Positions 12,733 to 23,880 of a stretch of 64,000 bases of DNA are shown here, one piece after another. Location: assembly GCF_018977255.1 (NCBI RefSeq), contig NW_024704843.1, positions 1 to 64,000 on the forward strand, written 5' to 3'. The translations under genes were made by a program, and so were the position numbers. This DNA is from Callorhinchus milii (lineage: Eukaryota). The notes under the pieces are model-generated. The model saw only the letters and a list, made by a program, of their open reading frames with translations, ran no database searches and was not told where the DNA came from. The first letter of the stretch is position 1. Each line of letters starts with the position of its first letter.

Positions 12733-13377
12733 ATATCACCTGATATGTTATGACCTGGGCTGCACAAAACGTAATACAGCCACACATGTTTAATCTTAGA
12801 TTTTCACAGTCAGGATGGTACTACAGAATCTTTCCAAACTCATGTTAATGGAGCAAGTTTCTCAAGTAAAACAGTAATAAAATATAATCTCGAAATTTTT
12901 TACCATACCTGCGGAATTCTTGCTGATACAGAAGAATATGCACTTTTGCAAAACTTGAATTGTGACAGAAGAAATATTCAATGTAAAAGTCATGCATTTA
13001 TTTGAGGGAAGTCTCTCAAACTGCCTCATCGTTGACACAACACTGAATTAAAAGATGTTTATTTTGGAAAATATTTTCAGCAAATTTCAAACGCGATAAA
13101 AAAGCAATTTTGACATGTCCCTAGTGTAAAACTATATTTGCGATGTATATTATTTTAGATCTTTTAGTTAACCTTTATATATGTTTAGAATGTAACCTAC
13201 CGATAATCCTACAACAAGTGTGGTTTGGATTTAATAACAAGGAGAAGGGTTTTAAAGGAGATTTGCTCGAAAGGTTGAGCTCCGTTTCTGATTAAAAGGT
13301 TACAGCCTAAACTCCTGCTTATCGCAAGACTGAGAAACACGCCGGCTGTGGAGAGCTGCCCAGAAGGTGTCCTTATA

Positions 13378-13590
13378 ATAATCCTCCAAAACCAAAAACA
13401 ATAATAAATTGGTCATTTTCGATCTACAACTGTTTGTGGGACATTGCTGTGGGCTATTGGCTGCCGCGTTCGCCCACAAATATACAGTCAATTCACTTTA
13501 CAGGGTGTTCTGTGAAGCGCTTTGGGACGTCCTCCCGACGTGAAAAGCGCTATATCAAATGCAAGGATTATTATTATTATTATTATTATT
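13378..13590 (+). mobile_element. SINE, 5'-truncated
   Basis: Body and tail of the same family, without the tRNA head. Confidence 0.85.
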
Positions 13591-13983
13591 ATATCTCTCT
13601 GTCTCTCTGGAAAGCGTCCTTCGAAGAATGGGGCCTATCGCTGTGACTAAGAATGGCGGAGATGGAGTTAAAAACACATAAAGAAAGATGCAAATTTAAA
13701 CAAGTTGGATTGTGTCGATGGACAGCGCACTTCCCAGCGATTAGAGATAAGTTGATATGTTTGCATTACTTAATAAAACTGGACTATTGCACCATAATTT
13801 TTGACGACTCCCTCCGAATCTCTTAGAATTGGGTGAGCCAGCCTGTAGGAGGCTGTGTGATTGACCTGGGTTAACTAAAAAAGTGATACAGATAGATTTC
13901 GAAAAGCAAGCTTTGTGAACTAATCGATCCGGAAGGAGGAACTGAACTGCCAGATTGCGTGGTGAGAGTTGAGACTCTGCTGT

Positions 13984-14290
13984 GGAGTCCTGTAGCTCAG
14001 TAGTTAGATCACTCGCTTTGCAAGCGAGAGACCTGAGTTCAATTCCATGCAGGACGAAACCTTTCTTAGTCCACAAACCTAATAATAATCCCCCCACAAC
14101 CCAAAAAAATAATAAATTGATCATTTTTAATCTAAGATTTTTTTGTGGGACAATGCTGTCCGCAATTGGCTGCCGCGTTCGCCCACAAATATACAGTCAA
14201 TTCACTTTATAGTGTATTCTGTGAAGCGCTTTGGGGCGTCTAGAAGACGTGAAAAGCGCTATATCAAATGCAAGGTTTACGATTATTATT
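13984..14290 (+). mobile_element. tRNA-derived SINE
   Basis: ggagtcctgtagctcagtagttag head through gtgaaaagcgctatatcaaatgcaag tail. Confidence 0.88.
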
Positions 14291-14507
14291 GTTAAAGTGA
14301 CGATGAAAGGTGGAAGGGAATTCGAGATAAAATCTTGCCCGTGATTGTCGTTAAGGAAGAATTATGCTCTGACCAATGAGGGTCCCGTCTGTAAGGACAG
14401 AAGCAATCAACTTGATCAAGAAGTTGATGAAGTTCATATTAACGTGAAGAAGACCAGACAAGCTGTTGGATTATGTCATTTCTCTATGCACATTTTTGTG
14501 CGGAGAG

Positions 14508-15383
14508 ATGTCAGGAGAACCTAGAACGAAGACGCCAAGAACTGTCATAGAAGAGAGATAAAGATATAATCCACCATCTCCAGCTCCAGTTTGGGGAAGG
14601 AATCCCACTCTCAATGAGAACAATTTGTCCGTCACCGTAAGAACAGACAAGTTTGATATTGCCGGAGTACTGATTTACCACTATAAATCCGCCGAAGCAA
14701 GTACAGAGGTAAACTCGTTGACTTCTGATTTCGGAGCCTTAGCTATGGCTAGTTACGCAGCTGATGCTATGCACCGTATGTTAATCTTCGGGGCGCTACC
14801 TCCAGAAATAAGCACTGAAAAGTTTAGGAAAGTAATCATGGCTGTATGTTCGGGAGATATCATGATCGCTGTTCCAGGTGATTTACATGCCCTGACAACT
14901 ATTAAACAACGATGGCAGCGAGTTAATAAGTATTGTGATGGGAAAAGGAATATTTAATCTGCAAGTGAAGTGATCAAAGGAACAGACAATGGCTTTTGCA
15001 GCAGGTCTGATCAATGTGTATGTACGCGCCGCGCAGGCAACAAAAGCCTTATCACCATTAGCTGGGACTGTAGGCGTCAATGGTGGCCAAAGTTTCATTA
15101 TCAGGCCCTTCGCTACAATGGCAGATCCTCAGTTTATATTAACTTTCCGATAACAGTCATTGCCTGACATGAAGCTTTATCTCGGATTATCAGTAAAAAA
15201 GGAAATATTATATTTGGATTGTATAGAGAGAGTGTGACATGGTGGCACCTCATAAAATCATCAAGTTGGAACAGGTATATAAGGCAGGAGCAGTTGAGGA
15301 ACTGGAGGGAAACCCCCTTCTAGAATGGCATAGGAAAAGCGAAGGGGAAGTTCGGTTCCTGAACAAAACCAGGAGTGTGATAT
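14508..15383 (+). pseudogene. Decayed intronless ORF of unknown origin (~290 codons, stops and frameshifts)
   Basis: ATG at 14508, TAA at 14559, then the same frame is open to 14957. Protein-like continuations follow in shifted frames (KEQTMAFAAGLINVYVRAAQATKALSPLAG...; VAPHKIIKLEQVYKAG...NKTRSVI*). No homolog recognised. Confidence 0.35.
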
Positions 15384-16019
15384 AATTGCTGGAATTTCGG
15401 CACCTGGTTAGCGCAGCAACACGACATTGAGGTCTCTAAAAGCGGCACTTCACAGGATAAAGTTTAAGGTGAATTGACTGTATATTTTGTGCAAACAACG
15501 CAGCATTCGATTGATCACATCTTCACTGAAACCTCTCCGCATGTTCACTCATTCGTCTCCTCATTGCAGCTCCCGCACAACTTACTGTGGGCTCGAGTCG
15601 CAGCGTGAATGTTGCTGACAGTCAGAGCGTTGGACAGCAAAGTCGGAATGAATTTGAGGGTCGGGTGTGTTACGAATTTAAACAGATAAAACGCTGCCCA
15701 TTGAGGGAAAAGTGATGACTTCTTTTATTTTGACACCCTCATATTAAGCGCTATGGAAAGCTACTCTGCGTGGGGTAAACGTGTAAGCAACAGCTTTTGT
15801 TGTTGGATATTATACAAAATGCTAAATTTTTGGGAATACTTTGCGCAAAGACAATCGCACTCCATGCAGAGCAAGTGTTGATGAGTAAGTGTATTTATTG
15901 TCAATTCAAAGCCTCCACCACATGAACAAAATCGCACCAGTTTGTCCCACAGCCATGTACATTTTCCATTTCCTCTACTGGTCTTATTAGCTGTTTCTTA
16001 ATGGCCCTTTACTTCTTAA

Positions 16020-16335
16020 AGTGATATGCTCCGGCTCTCTCTCACACAAACACACATTCACACACACGCATACATAGACGCACAAAGAAAGAACTACACG
16101 CCCACATACATGTGGGATAAAACAAATTTGTCAATCCCACTCATTCATCACTAACACACACAATCGCAGGCACATACGCGTACACCCAGACAGACACAAA
16201 CAAGCACATACAAGTTGATACAGACACATACATGCAGACGCACACACAGATGCACATATACACATACACAAACACACTCACACACAGACAATGAGATACG
16301 CACAGGCATAAACACACATCTACAAAGAGCCACAG
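16020..16335. repeat. CA-rich simple repeat, ending at an assembly gap (N 16336-16365)
   Basis: Degenerate (CA)n/(CACATA)n run followed by 30 N. Confidence 0.85.
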
Positions 16336-16544
16336 NNNNNNNNNNNNNNNNNNNNNNNNNNNNNNGGAGACCACCTGGTGCTCTCTCAATAGACTCGGTA
16401 GTGTACAAGCGCCATAACCCGTCTTCGAGACCGTTCTGATCATCAGCCACGATGGCCCCTGAAGTTACAGGGACCGAAGCTGCTCACAGTGACTGACGTC
16501 AGACTGGAGCGGACTGCAAAGCGCTGCCGTTCCATTTCCATCTC

Positions 16545-19120
16545 AGTCCAGTCATGTCACCATTACTGTCCAGTCATGTCACCATTACAGTCCAGTCATG
16601 TCACCATTACAGTCCAGTCATGTCACCACTGCAGTCCAGTCATGTCACCATTACAGTCCAGTCATGTCAGCATTATATCCAGTCATGTCACCGTTACAGT
16701 CCAATCATGTCACCATTACAATTCAGTCATGTCACAATTACAGTCCAGTCATGTCACCATTGCAGTTCAGTCATGTCTTAATTAAAGTCCAGTCATGTCA
16801 GTGCAACAATCCAGCCATGTCACATTTACAGTGCAGTGATGTCACCATTACAGTCCAGTCATGTCTTCCTTGTAATCCGTTAATGCCACAATTACAGTCC
16901 AAACATTTAACCATTACAATCCAGTCATATCGCCATTACGGTCCAGTTATGTAACCATTAAAGTCCAGTCATGTCACCATTAAACTCCAATCATGTAAAC
17001 TTTTCAGTCCAGTCATGCCTCCATTAGAGTCCATTCGTGTCACCGTTACTGTCCGGTCATGCCACCGTTGCAGTCAAGTTATGTCCCAATAGACTCACGT
17101 CGTGTTACAATTGCACTCCAGTCATGTCACCAATGTATCCTTTCATGTCACCATTACAGTCCAGTCATGTCACCTTTATAATCCAGTCATGCCACCATTG
17201 CAGTCAAGTCATTTCACCATTAGAATCCAGTCATGTCACCATTACAGTCCATTCATTTCAACATTACAGTTCAGTCATGTCACAATTATAGTCCAATCAT
17301 GACACCATTACAGTCCAGTCATGTCACCATTATAGTCCAGTCATGTAACCATTACACTCCAGTCATGTCACTATTTCAGACCAGTCATGTCACCATTGCA
17401 TTCCAGTCATATCACTCATAAAGTCCAGTCATGCCACCGTTCCAGGCCACTTATGTCACCATTACAGACAAGTCATGTCACCAATACTGCTATGTCATGT
17501 CCACCATTACAGTCCAGTCATGTCACCATTACAGTCCAGTCATGTAACCATTACACTCCAGTCATGCCACTATTTCAGAGCAGTCATGTCACCATTGCAT
17601 TCCAGTCATATCACTCATAAAGTCCAGTCATGCCACCGTTCCAGGCCACTTATGTCACCATTATGGACCAGTCATGTCACCGTTACAGTCCATTCATTTC
17701 AACATTAAAGTTCAGCCATGTCACAATTATAGTCCAATCATGACACCATTACAGTCCAGTCATGTCACCATTATAGTCCAGTCATGTAACCATTACACTC
17801 CAGTCATGTCACTATTTCAGACCAGTCATGTCACCATTGCATTCCAGTCATATCACTCATAAAGTCCAGTCATGCCACCGTTCCAGGCCACTTATGTCAC
17901 CATTAGACAATTCATGTCAACAATACTGCTATGTCATGTCCACGTTTACAGTCCAGTCATGTCACCATTCCAGTCCAGTCATGTCACCATTATGGACCAG
18001 TCATGTCACCGTTACAGTCCAGTTATGTCACCGTTAAAGTCCAGTAATGTCACCGTTACACTACAGTCCCGACAACGTTTCAGTCGTGTCATGTCACCAT
18101 TACAATCCAATCATGTCACCAATACAGTCCTTTCTTGTCACAATTGCAGTCAAGTCACGTTAGCGTTACAGTCGTGTCATGCCACCATTGCAGTCGAACC
18201 ATATCACCATCACAGTCCAGTAATGTAAATATTGCAGTCCATTTGTGGCAATATTGCAGTCCAATGGAGCCACCATTAAAGTCCAGTCATGTCAGTGCAA
18301 GAGTCCACCCATGTCATATTTAGAGTACAGTGATGTCACCATTGCAGTCCAGTTATGTCTTCGTGATAGTCCATTAATGCCGCCATTACAGTCCACACAT
18401 TAAACCGTTACAATCCAGTCATACCAACAATACGGTCCAGTCATGTCACCATTAAAGCCCAGTCTTGTCACCATTAAACTCCAATCATGTCACCTTTTCC
18501 GTCCAGTCATACCTCCATTAGAGTCCATTCGTGTCACCGTTGCAGTCCGGGCATGCCACCGCTGCAGTCAAGTTGTGTCAACATTGGACTCAAGTCACGT
18601 TACAATTACACTCCAGTTATGTCACCAATACATCCTTTCACGTCACAATTACTGTCCAGTCATTTCACCTTTATAATACAGTCATGCCACCATTACAATC
18701 GAGTCATGTCACCGTTACAGTCCAGTCATTTCACCGTAAAGACCAATCATGTCACCATTACACTCCTGTCTTGTCACCATTTCAGTCCAGTCATGTCTCC
18801 ATTACAGTCCGGTCATGTCACTGTTACAGTCCAGTCATGCCACCATTGCAGTCGAGTTATGTCACCATTAAAGACAAGTAATGTCACCATTACACTCCAG
18901 TCATTTCACCATTACAGTCGAGTCATATCACCGTTATAGTCCAGTTATGCCAGCATTGCAGTCGAGTCATGTCACGATTAGATTCCATTCGTGCCACCAT
19001 TACAGTCCACACATGTAACAGTTACAATCCAGTCATATCACCATTAAAGTCCAGTCATATCACCATTAGATTCCAGTCATGTCACCCCGACAGACCGATG
19101 TCACCATTTCAGTCCAGTGT
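16545..19120. repeat. 22-bp minisatellite, unit CAGTCCAGTCATGTCACCATTA
   Basis: About 2.6 kb of degenerate tandem units, including internal higher-order repeats (for example 17150-17430 recurring near 17690-17900). Confidence 0.95.
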
Positions 19121-20129
19121 GACAGCTTCTCCCTGTCACTGAGCATATGGGTGGGTCACACCATTACATGTCTGTGTGTGAGTCTGGGATACTGAACATA
19201 CACCCACTGACATTTTAACATGGTAATTGATTTAACATCTCTCTCTGTTCAGCACTGTGGTGAAAATATAATTCATCTTATTTTGTTTCGTTACCGTTTT
19301 TGGGTGTGTGTCAGATCACTGACCTCTGTGCTGTTTAATGTTATTGAAGCTGGGGATTGACAATTCCTTCTTAATAACCGTTTTCAAATTTAATCGTAAC
19401 GTAAGGCGTTTGTGCGTATCTCTGGAGCTGATGAACAACAACACGACGACAGAACCAGTGAAATCTTTTCTCCAATGGGAACGCTGACACTGACAGAAAA
19501 TCCTTGTGTCTCTCTGTAACTCTCTGTGCTGCTAAACATGACAATCTGCCGGAAACTGCAGCAAATACTACGCACAGAATCAAATAGAATAAAACAGCTT
19601 TTAAATGGAAGCTGCTGGTTTTAGTTCAGCTCTGTACCAGCGCCTTGAATTGTCCTTCCGTCGTGAAAGGTGCTCTATCAATGTCATTTTGTTGTTGTTG
19701 TTGTTGCTGCTGTTGTTGTCTTTGCTCTGATGATTCACAGTGAAGAGGAGACTGTGAATTCGAGTAAAATGCTATGTTTCACTCTTAGGACAAAAGAGTT
19801 ATTAGAGAGAAATGGTCAGATTCACAAATCGGTGCGTGTGCAGCAACGGCAATCGCCCAAAGTTCCGCCATACCACCGAACGATCCCAAGTCTATCTCTT
19901 GTAGGCGAGTGCTCCTAACCTCTGAGCTACTGTACTCCGTTTCAATGGTACTATGTTGAACATGATTCCTTTGCTCACGTCAGATATCAAGCTATCATTT
20001 CACCATTTCTAAACTGACAGTCTTGCTGTTCAAAGGTTCTCATCGCCAGTGCCAGTCTGTTCGTAGATTATTATCATTAATATCGCACCTTTTATGTTAT
20101 TTCCTTCAATCAGCTGGCAGGAGGTCATC

Positions 20130-20940
20130 ACTGAACATTGATGTTGGGAATTCTCTAATTGGTTAGCACTAGATTAGGGCTGGTGGAGTGCAACATTTGA
20201 TAGCTGGAGATAAGGGTTAGACTGTGGTTGAGGAACGAGTTCAAAGCTGGAGATGAGGATAATTTTGGATGAACTGGGGAGGTTGGCATCATCTTGTCCA
20301 TTTTTATGTGCGGAAGCTGGTGCTGAGCAAGCCCGTGATGTGCCACAAAAAACTGTGTAGAGTCTCTCCACCGCTCCTCACCAGAGCACTACCCTCGTAC
20401 CCACGCCCCATCCTTCCCCCACACACCACCATTGACCTGCAAACTTGTTCTCCACGAATAATTATAGATTTCTCTCTGAAAAGTTGTGATCGAATCGGCT
20501 TCCTCAACCTCAAGTAATGCGTTCCAGATTCGAACGACTTGCTTTGTAAAAATACATTCTCATGACATCCTCTCAAACCCCCCACCACCTCTGCGAACTC
20601 CTAACGCCCTATATCCTGCTCGCTCACTCCGCTCAACGGGCTCCAGACTACCTCACATCCCCCGCCTCGCCCAACATGCCTTCCTCCACTCTGCCCGCAC
20701 TCTGTGGAACTCCATCCCACATTCCTTCCGCTTCGTCCTCTCCCTTCCCACCTTCAAGACCCTTCCCAATACCCGACTCTTCGACCCTGCGTTCGTTCTT
20801 CCTCTACCCACCTGCCGTTCACACTACCCGTATCCAAATCCCCTCTCGGATCTGTACCTCTTTCTATCCGGCGCCTGGGACTTCCCGCTGATGTGAAAGA
20901 CGCTTTTGAAATGAAATTGTGTTGTTGATGTTTCTTTTAA
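20130..20940. mobile_element. L2 LINE fragments (minus-strand RT piece next to a plus-strand 3' piece)
   Basis: Plus-strand 20350-20940 has the L2 3' motif cccaccttcaagaccc...ctcttcgacc and a tail like the SINE tail. Minus-strand 20130-20350 has a weak YADD-like segment (gatgatgccaacctc). Confidence 0.55.
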
Positions 20941-20959
20941 CAATTACTATAATCGATGT

Positions 20960-21960
20960 CCTCGGTTTACCGACAAACCTTCCAGTAGAGTTAGTTTCTC
21001 CTTGTTCACGCTCTCGATATCTCGTAATTTTCAAAACTTTTATTACGTCTCCTCTTTATACTCCCTGCTCCACGAGGAATAATCTTAACTTGAATAGCTG
21101 CTCCTGATAATTGAAGTCAATCTTCAATGCCGCGTCATCCCTCCTGAAGCGCAGAGTCCAGAATTGAACACAGTCTCCAGCTGAGCCCTAATCACTATTT
21201 TATGAAGTTTCATCATAACTTCCTGACTTTTGTATTGTATGCCCCTATTTGTAAAGCCTTGTATGCTTTTTGATATCTTTATCTACCTGTCCTGCTACCT
21301 TCCAATATTTATTTATATTAATTCCCAGTTCTCTCTATTCCTTCATTTCCTTTAAGATTCTAGCATCTAGTTTGCATTGCATGTACCAATTATTCCTCCA
21401 AAAATGTATCTCTGTGAATTTCTCCACATTAAACTTCATCTGCCACATGTCTGCCTATGATTTTGCAGTCCTATGATGTCCTATTCACTCTTTGCTGTAT
21501 TTCCAAGCTCAGCATCATCTTTAAACTTGGAAATTGTACTACCTGTATCCAAGTGCAGATCAGTTATATGCAGCAAAAACAGCAGTGGTCCCAGAACTTA
21601 TCCCTGTGTGGCACCGCTTCTCTCCCTTCAAAGAAAACGTCGTGTACCACTACTCTCTCTTTTCTGTCTCCCAGCCAGTTCTGTATCCAGGATGCCACAC
21701 TTCAGTTAATTGGCATTTCAACAAACAACTTTTGAAAATGCATATAAACTACATCAACTGCTCGACCTCAGCCACACTCTCTGCTATGTCATCAAAAAAA
21801 CACTATCAGGTTTGTGAGACATGATGTGCCTTTAGCAAATCCGTGTTGCCTGATCATTATTAACCCATAATTTTCAATTTAACAGTTTCAATTTATTGAG
21901 AACTGGATTACAATCTCTAGAAGTTTCCCCAATCCTGATATTAGGTGTCTGGCCTGTAGT
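20960..21960 (-). mobile_element. CR1 LINE RT C-terminal fragment
   Basis: Reverse-strand CR1 motifs (gaattgaacacagtctccagctg, cttcatctgccac, catcatctttaaacttgg, atgtgcctttagcaaatccgtgttg). Confidence 0.75.
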
Positions 21961-22069
21961 GTCCGGGTTTATTGTCCTGCCGCTGTTTTGTACAGAGGAG
22001 AAGCATTTAGAACACTCCAGTCTTCAAGCTCCACACTGGTACCCGAGGAGGATTGAAAGATTATTGCCA

Positions 22070-23280
22070 CTGCTAATGGTGGCGCTGTTTTTCTCTATGT
22101 GTGATTGTGAATGTCGGAGCCTATAATATACACAGAGTGTTGCGGATGGCGGTAATTTAATGTTTGTGTGTGTGTGTGTTTCAGAGGCTGTAACATGCCC
22201 CCTGTGCTGAGCGTGGCGCTGTTTGTGTCTGTATGTGTGTGTGTGTGTGTGTGAGTGTGTGTGTTTCAGAGCCCCTAATGTGCCCACAGTGCTGAGGCTG
22301 TGGCCCTGTGTGTGGAGCTTTTTNCTGTGTGTCTTTGTGTCTGAGTCCTGTAGCTCAGAGGTTAGAGCACTCGCTTTGCAAGTGAGAGACCTGAGTTCAA
22401 TTCCAGGCAGAGGGCGAAACCTCGGGCAAGTTTCCTTACTCCACACAGAGCCTAATAATAATCCTCCAAAACCAAAAACAATTATAAATTGGTCATTTTC
22501 AATCCACGACTGTTTGTGGCACATTGCTGTGCGCAATTGGCTGCCGCGTTCGCCCACAAATATACAGTCAATTCACTTTACAGTGTGTTCTGTGAAGCGC
22601 TTTGTGACGTCCTCCCGACGTGAAAAGCTCTATATCAAATGCAAGAATTATTATTACTATTATTATTATTAATGTGCAACCAGTGCTCAGGATGGCGTTG
22701 CTATTGTTTGTGTTTGTTGTGTGTCTGTGTGTGTCAGAACCTGCAATGTGCTCCTAGTCCTGAGGGTAGCGCTGTTTGTGCGTATGTGGGCGTGTGTGCG
22801 TGTGTTTGTGTGTGTGTCAGAGGCTGCTGTGGCCCCCAGTGCTGAGGGTGGTGCTGTTTGTGTGTTTGTGTGTGTGCGTATGCAAACTGGTGTTTGTGTC
22901 TATGTTTGTGTGTGTATGTGTGTGTGTCAGGGCCTTTACAGTGGAGTCCTGTAGCTCTGGTGGTTAGAGCGCTCGCTTTGCAAGCGAGAGACCTGAGTTC
23001 AATTCCAGGCAGAGGGTGAAACCTTGGGCAAGTTTCCTTACTCCACACAGAGCCTAATAATAATCCCTCCAAAACCAAAAACAATAATAAATTCGTCATT
23101 TTCAATCCACGACTCTTTGTGGGACATTGGTGTGCGCAATTGGCTGCCGCGTTCGCCCACAAATATACAGTCAATTCACTTTACAGTGTGTTCTGTGAAG
23201 CGCTTTTGGACGTCCTCCCGACGTGAAATGCGCTATATCAAATGCAAGGATTACTATTATTATTACTATTATTATTACTT
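22070..23280 (+). repeat. Two adjacent units of TG-rich repeat plus full SINE (SINEs at 22343-22670 and 22943-23280)
   Basis: Each SINE is preceded by similar tggcgctgtttgtg...tcagag...gtgctgag TG-rich sequence. Confidence 0.85.
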
Positions 23281-23699
23281 AGTGTGCCCCATGTATATTT
23301 GACTGTACATTTGACTGTATATTTATTCGAAACAAGGAGATAGAGTTTTCCTGTCCTACTGTGAAATGCCTCAACAAGCGCATAATATGGTGTCTGCAAT
23401 GCAAATATTATTAACAATCAAGATAAAGTAATAATAATAAAATAATAATAATAATAAATTGGTCATTTCAATCCCCGACTGTATGTGGGCCCAGCTATAC
23501 GGATTTCTGCATCGCATTTTCCAACAACATATACAATGAATTCACTTTACAGTATATTATGTGAAGCGCGTTGACACGTCTTTTAGATGTGATCAGGCGC
23601 AAAATAAATGTAAGCATCATTACTAAGGTAACATGGTATTGTAAACTGGGGATTGTTGGCCTAAATACCCTGAGATATTCACTTTTGTATCAAATTAGA

Positions 23700-23880
23700 G
23701 TTACAGGATCTTTAACATCCAGAGAAATGGACAGACCAAATCTCCTAAAACACAGGTATGCAATGTACTGCAGTGTCGGCCTGGACTTGACCAGTTCCAT
23801 AGGCAAACATAGGGCTTGAACCCACGGCTTCCTGACTGACAGGTGAGAGGGCTGACAGTGAGCCAGTTAGGGCATGCGTT
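23700..23880 (-). mobile_element. Old SINE with a Deu-domain-like core
   Basis: Minus strand has a tRNA-like head (gccgtgggttcaagccc) followed by ...ggatgttaaagatcc, as in DeuSINE cores. A similar relic lies at about 52125-52300 (+). From memory. Confidence 0.4.

Noticed and set aside
16489-18939. Many SHVTITVQSC/MSPLQSS ORFs (also at 58118-58858), and a possible CRISPR-like array
   Set aside because: Products of the 22-bp minisatellite. There are no unique spacers and no cas genes, and the context is eukaryotic.
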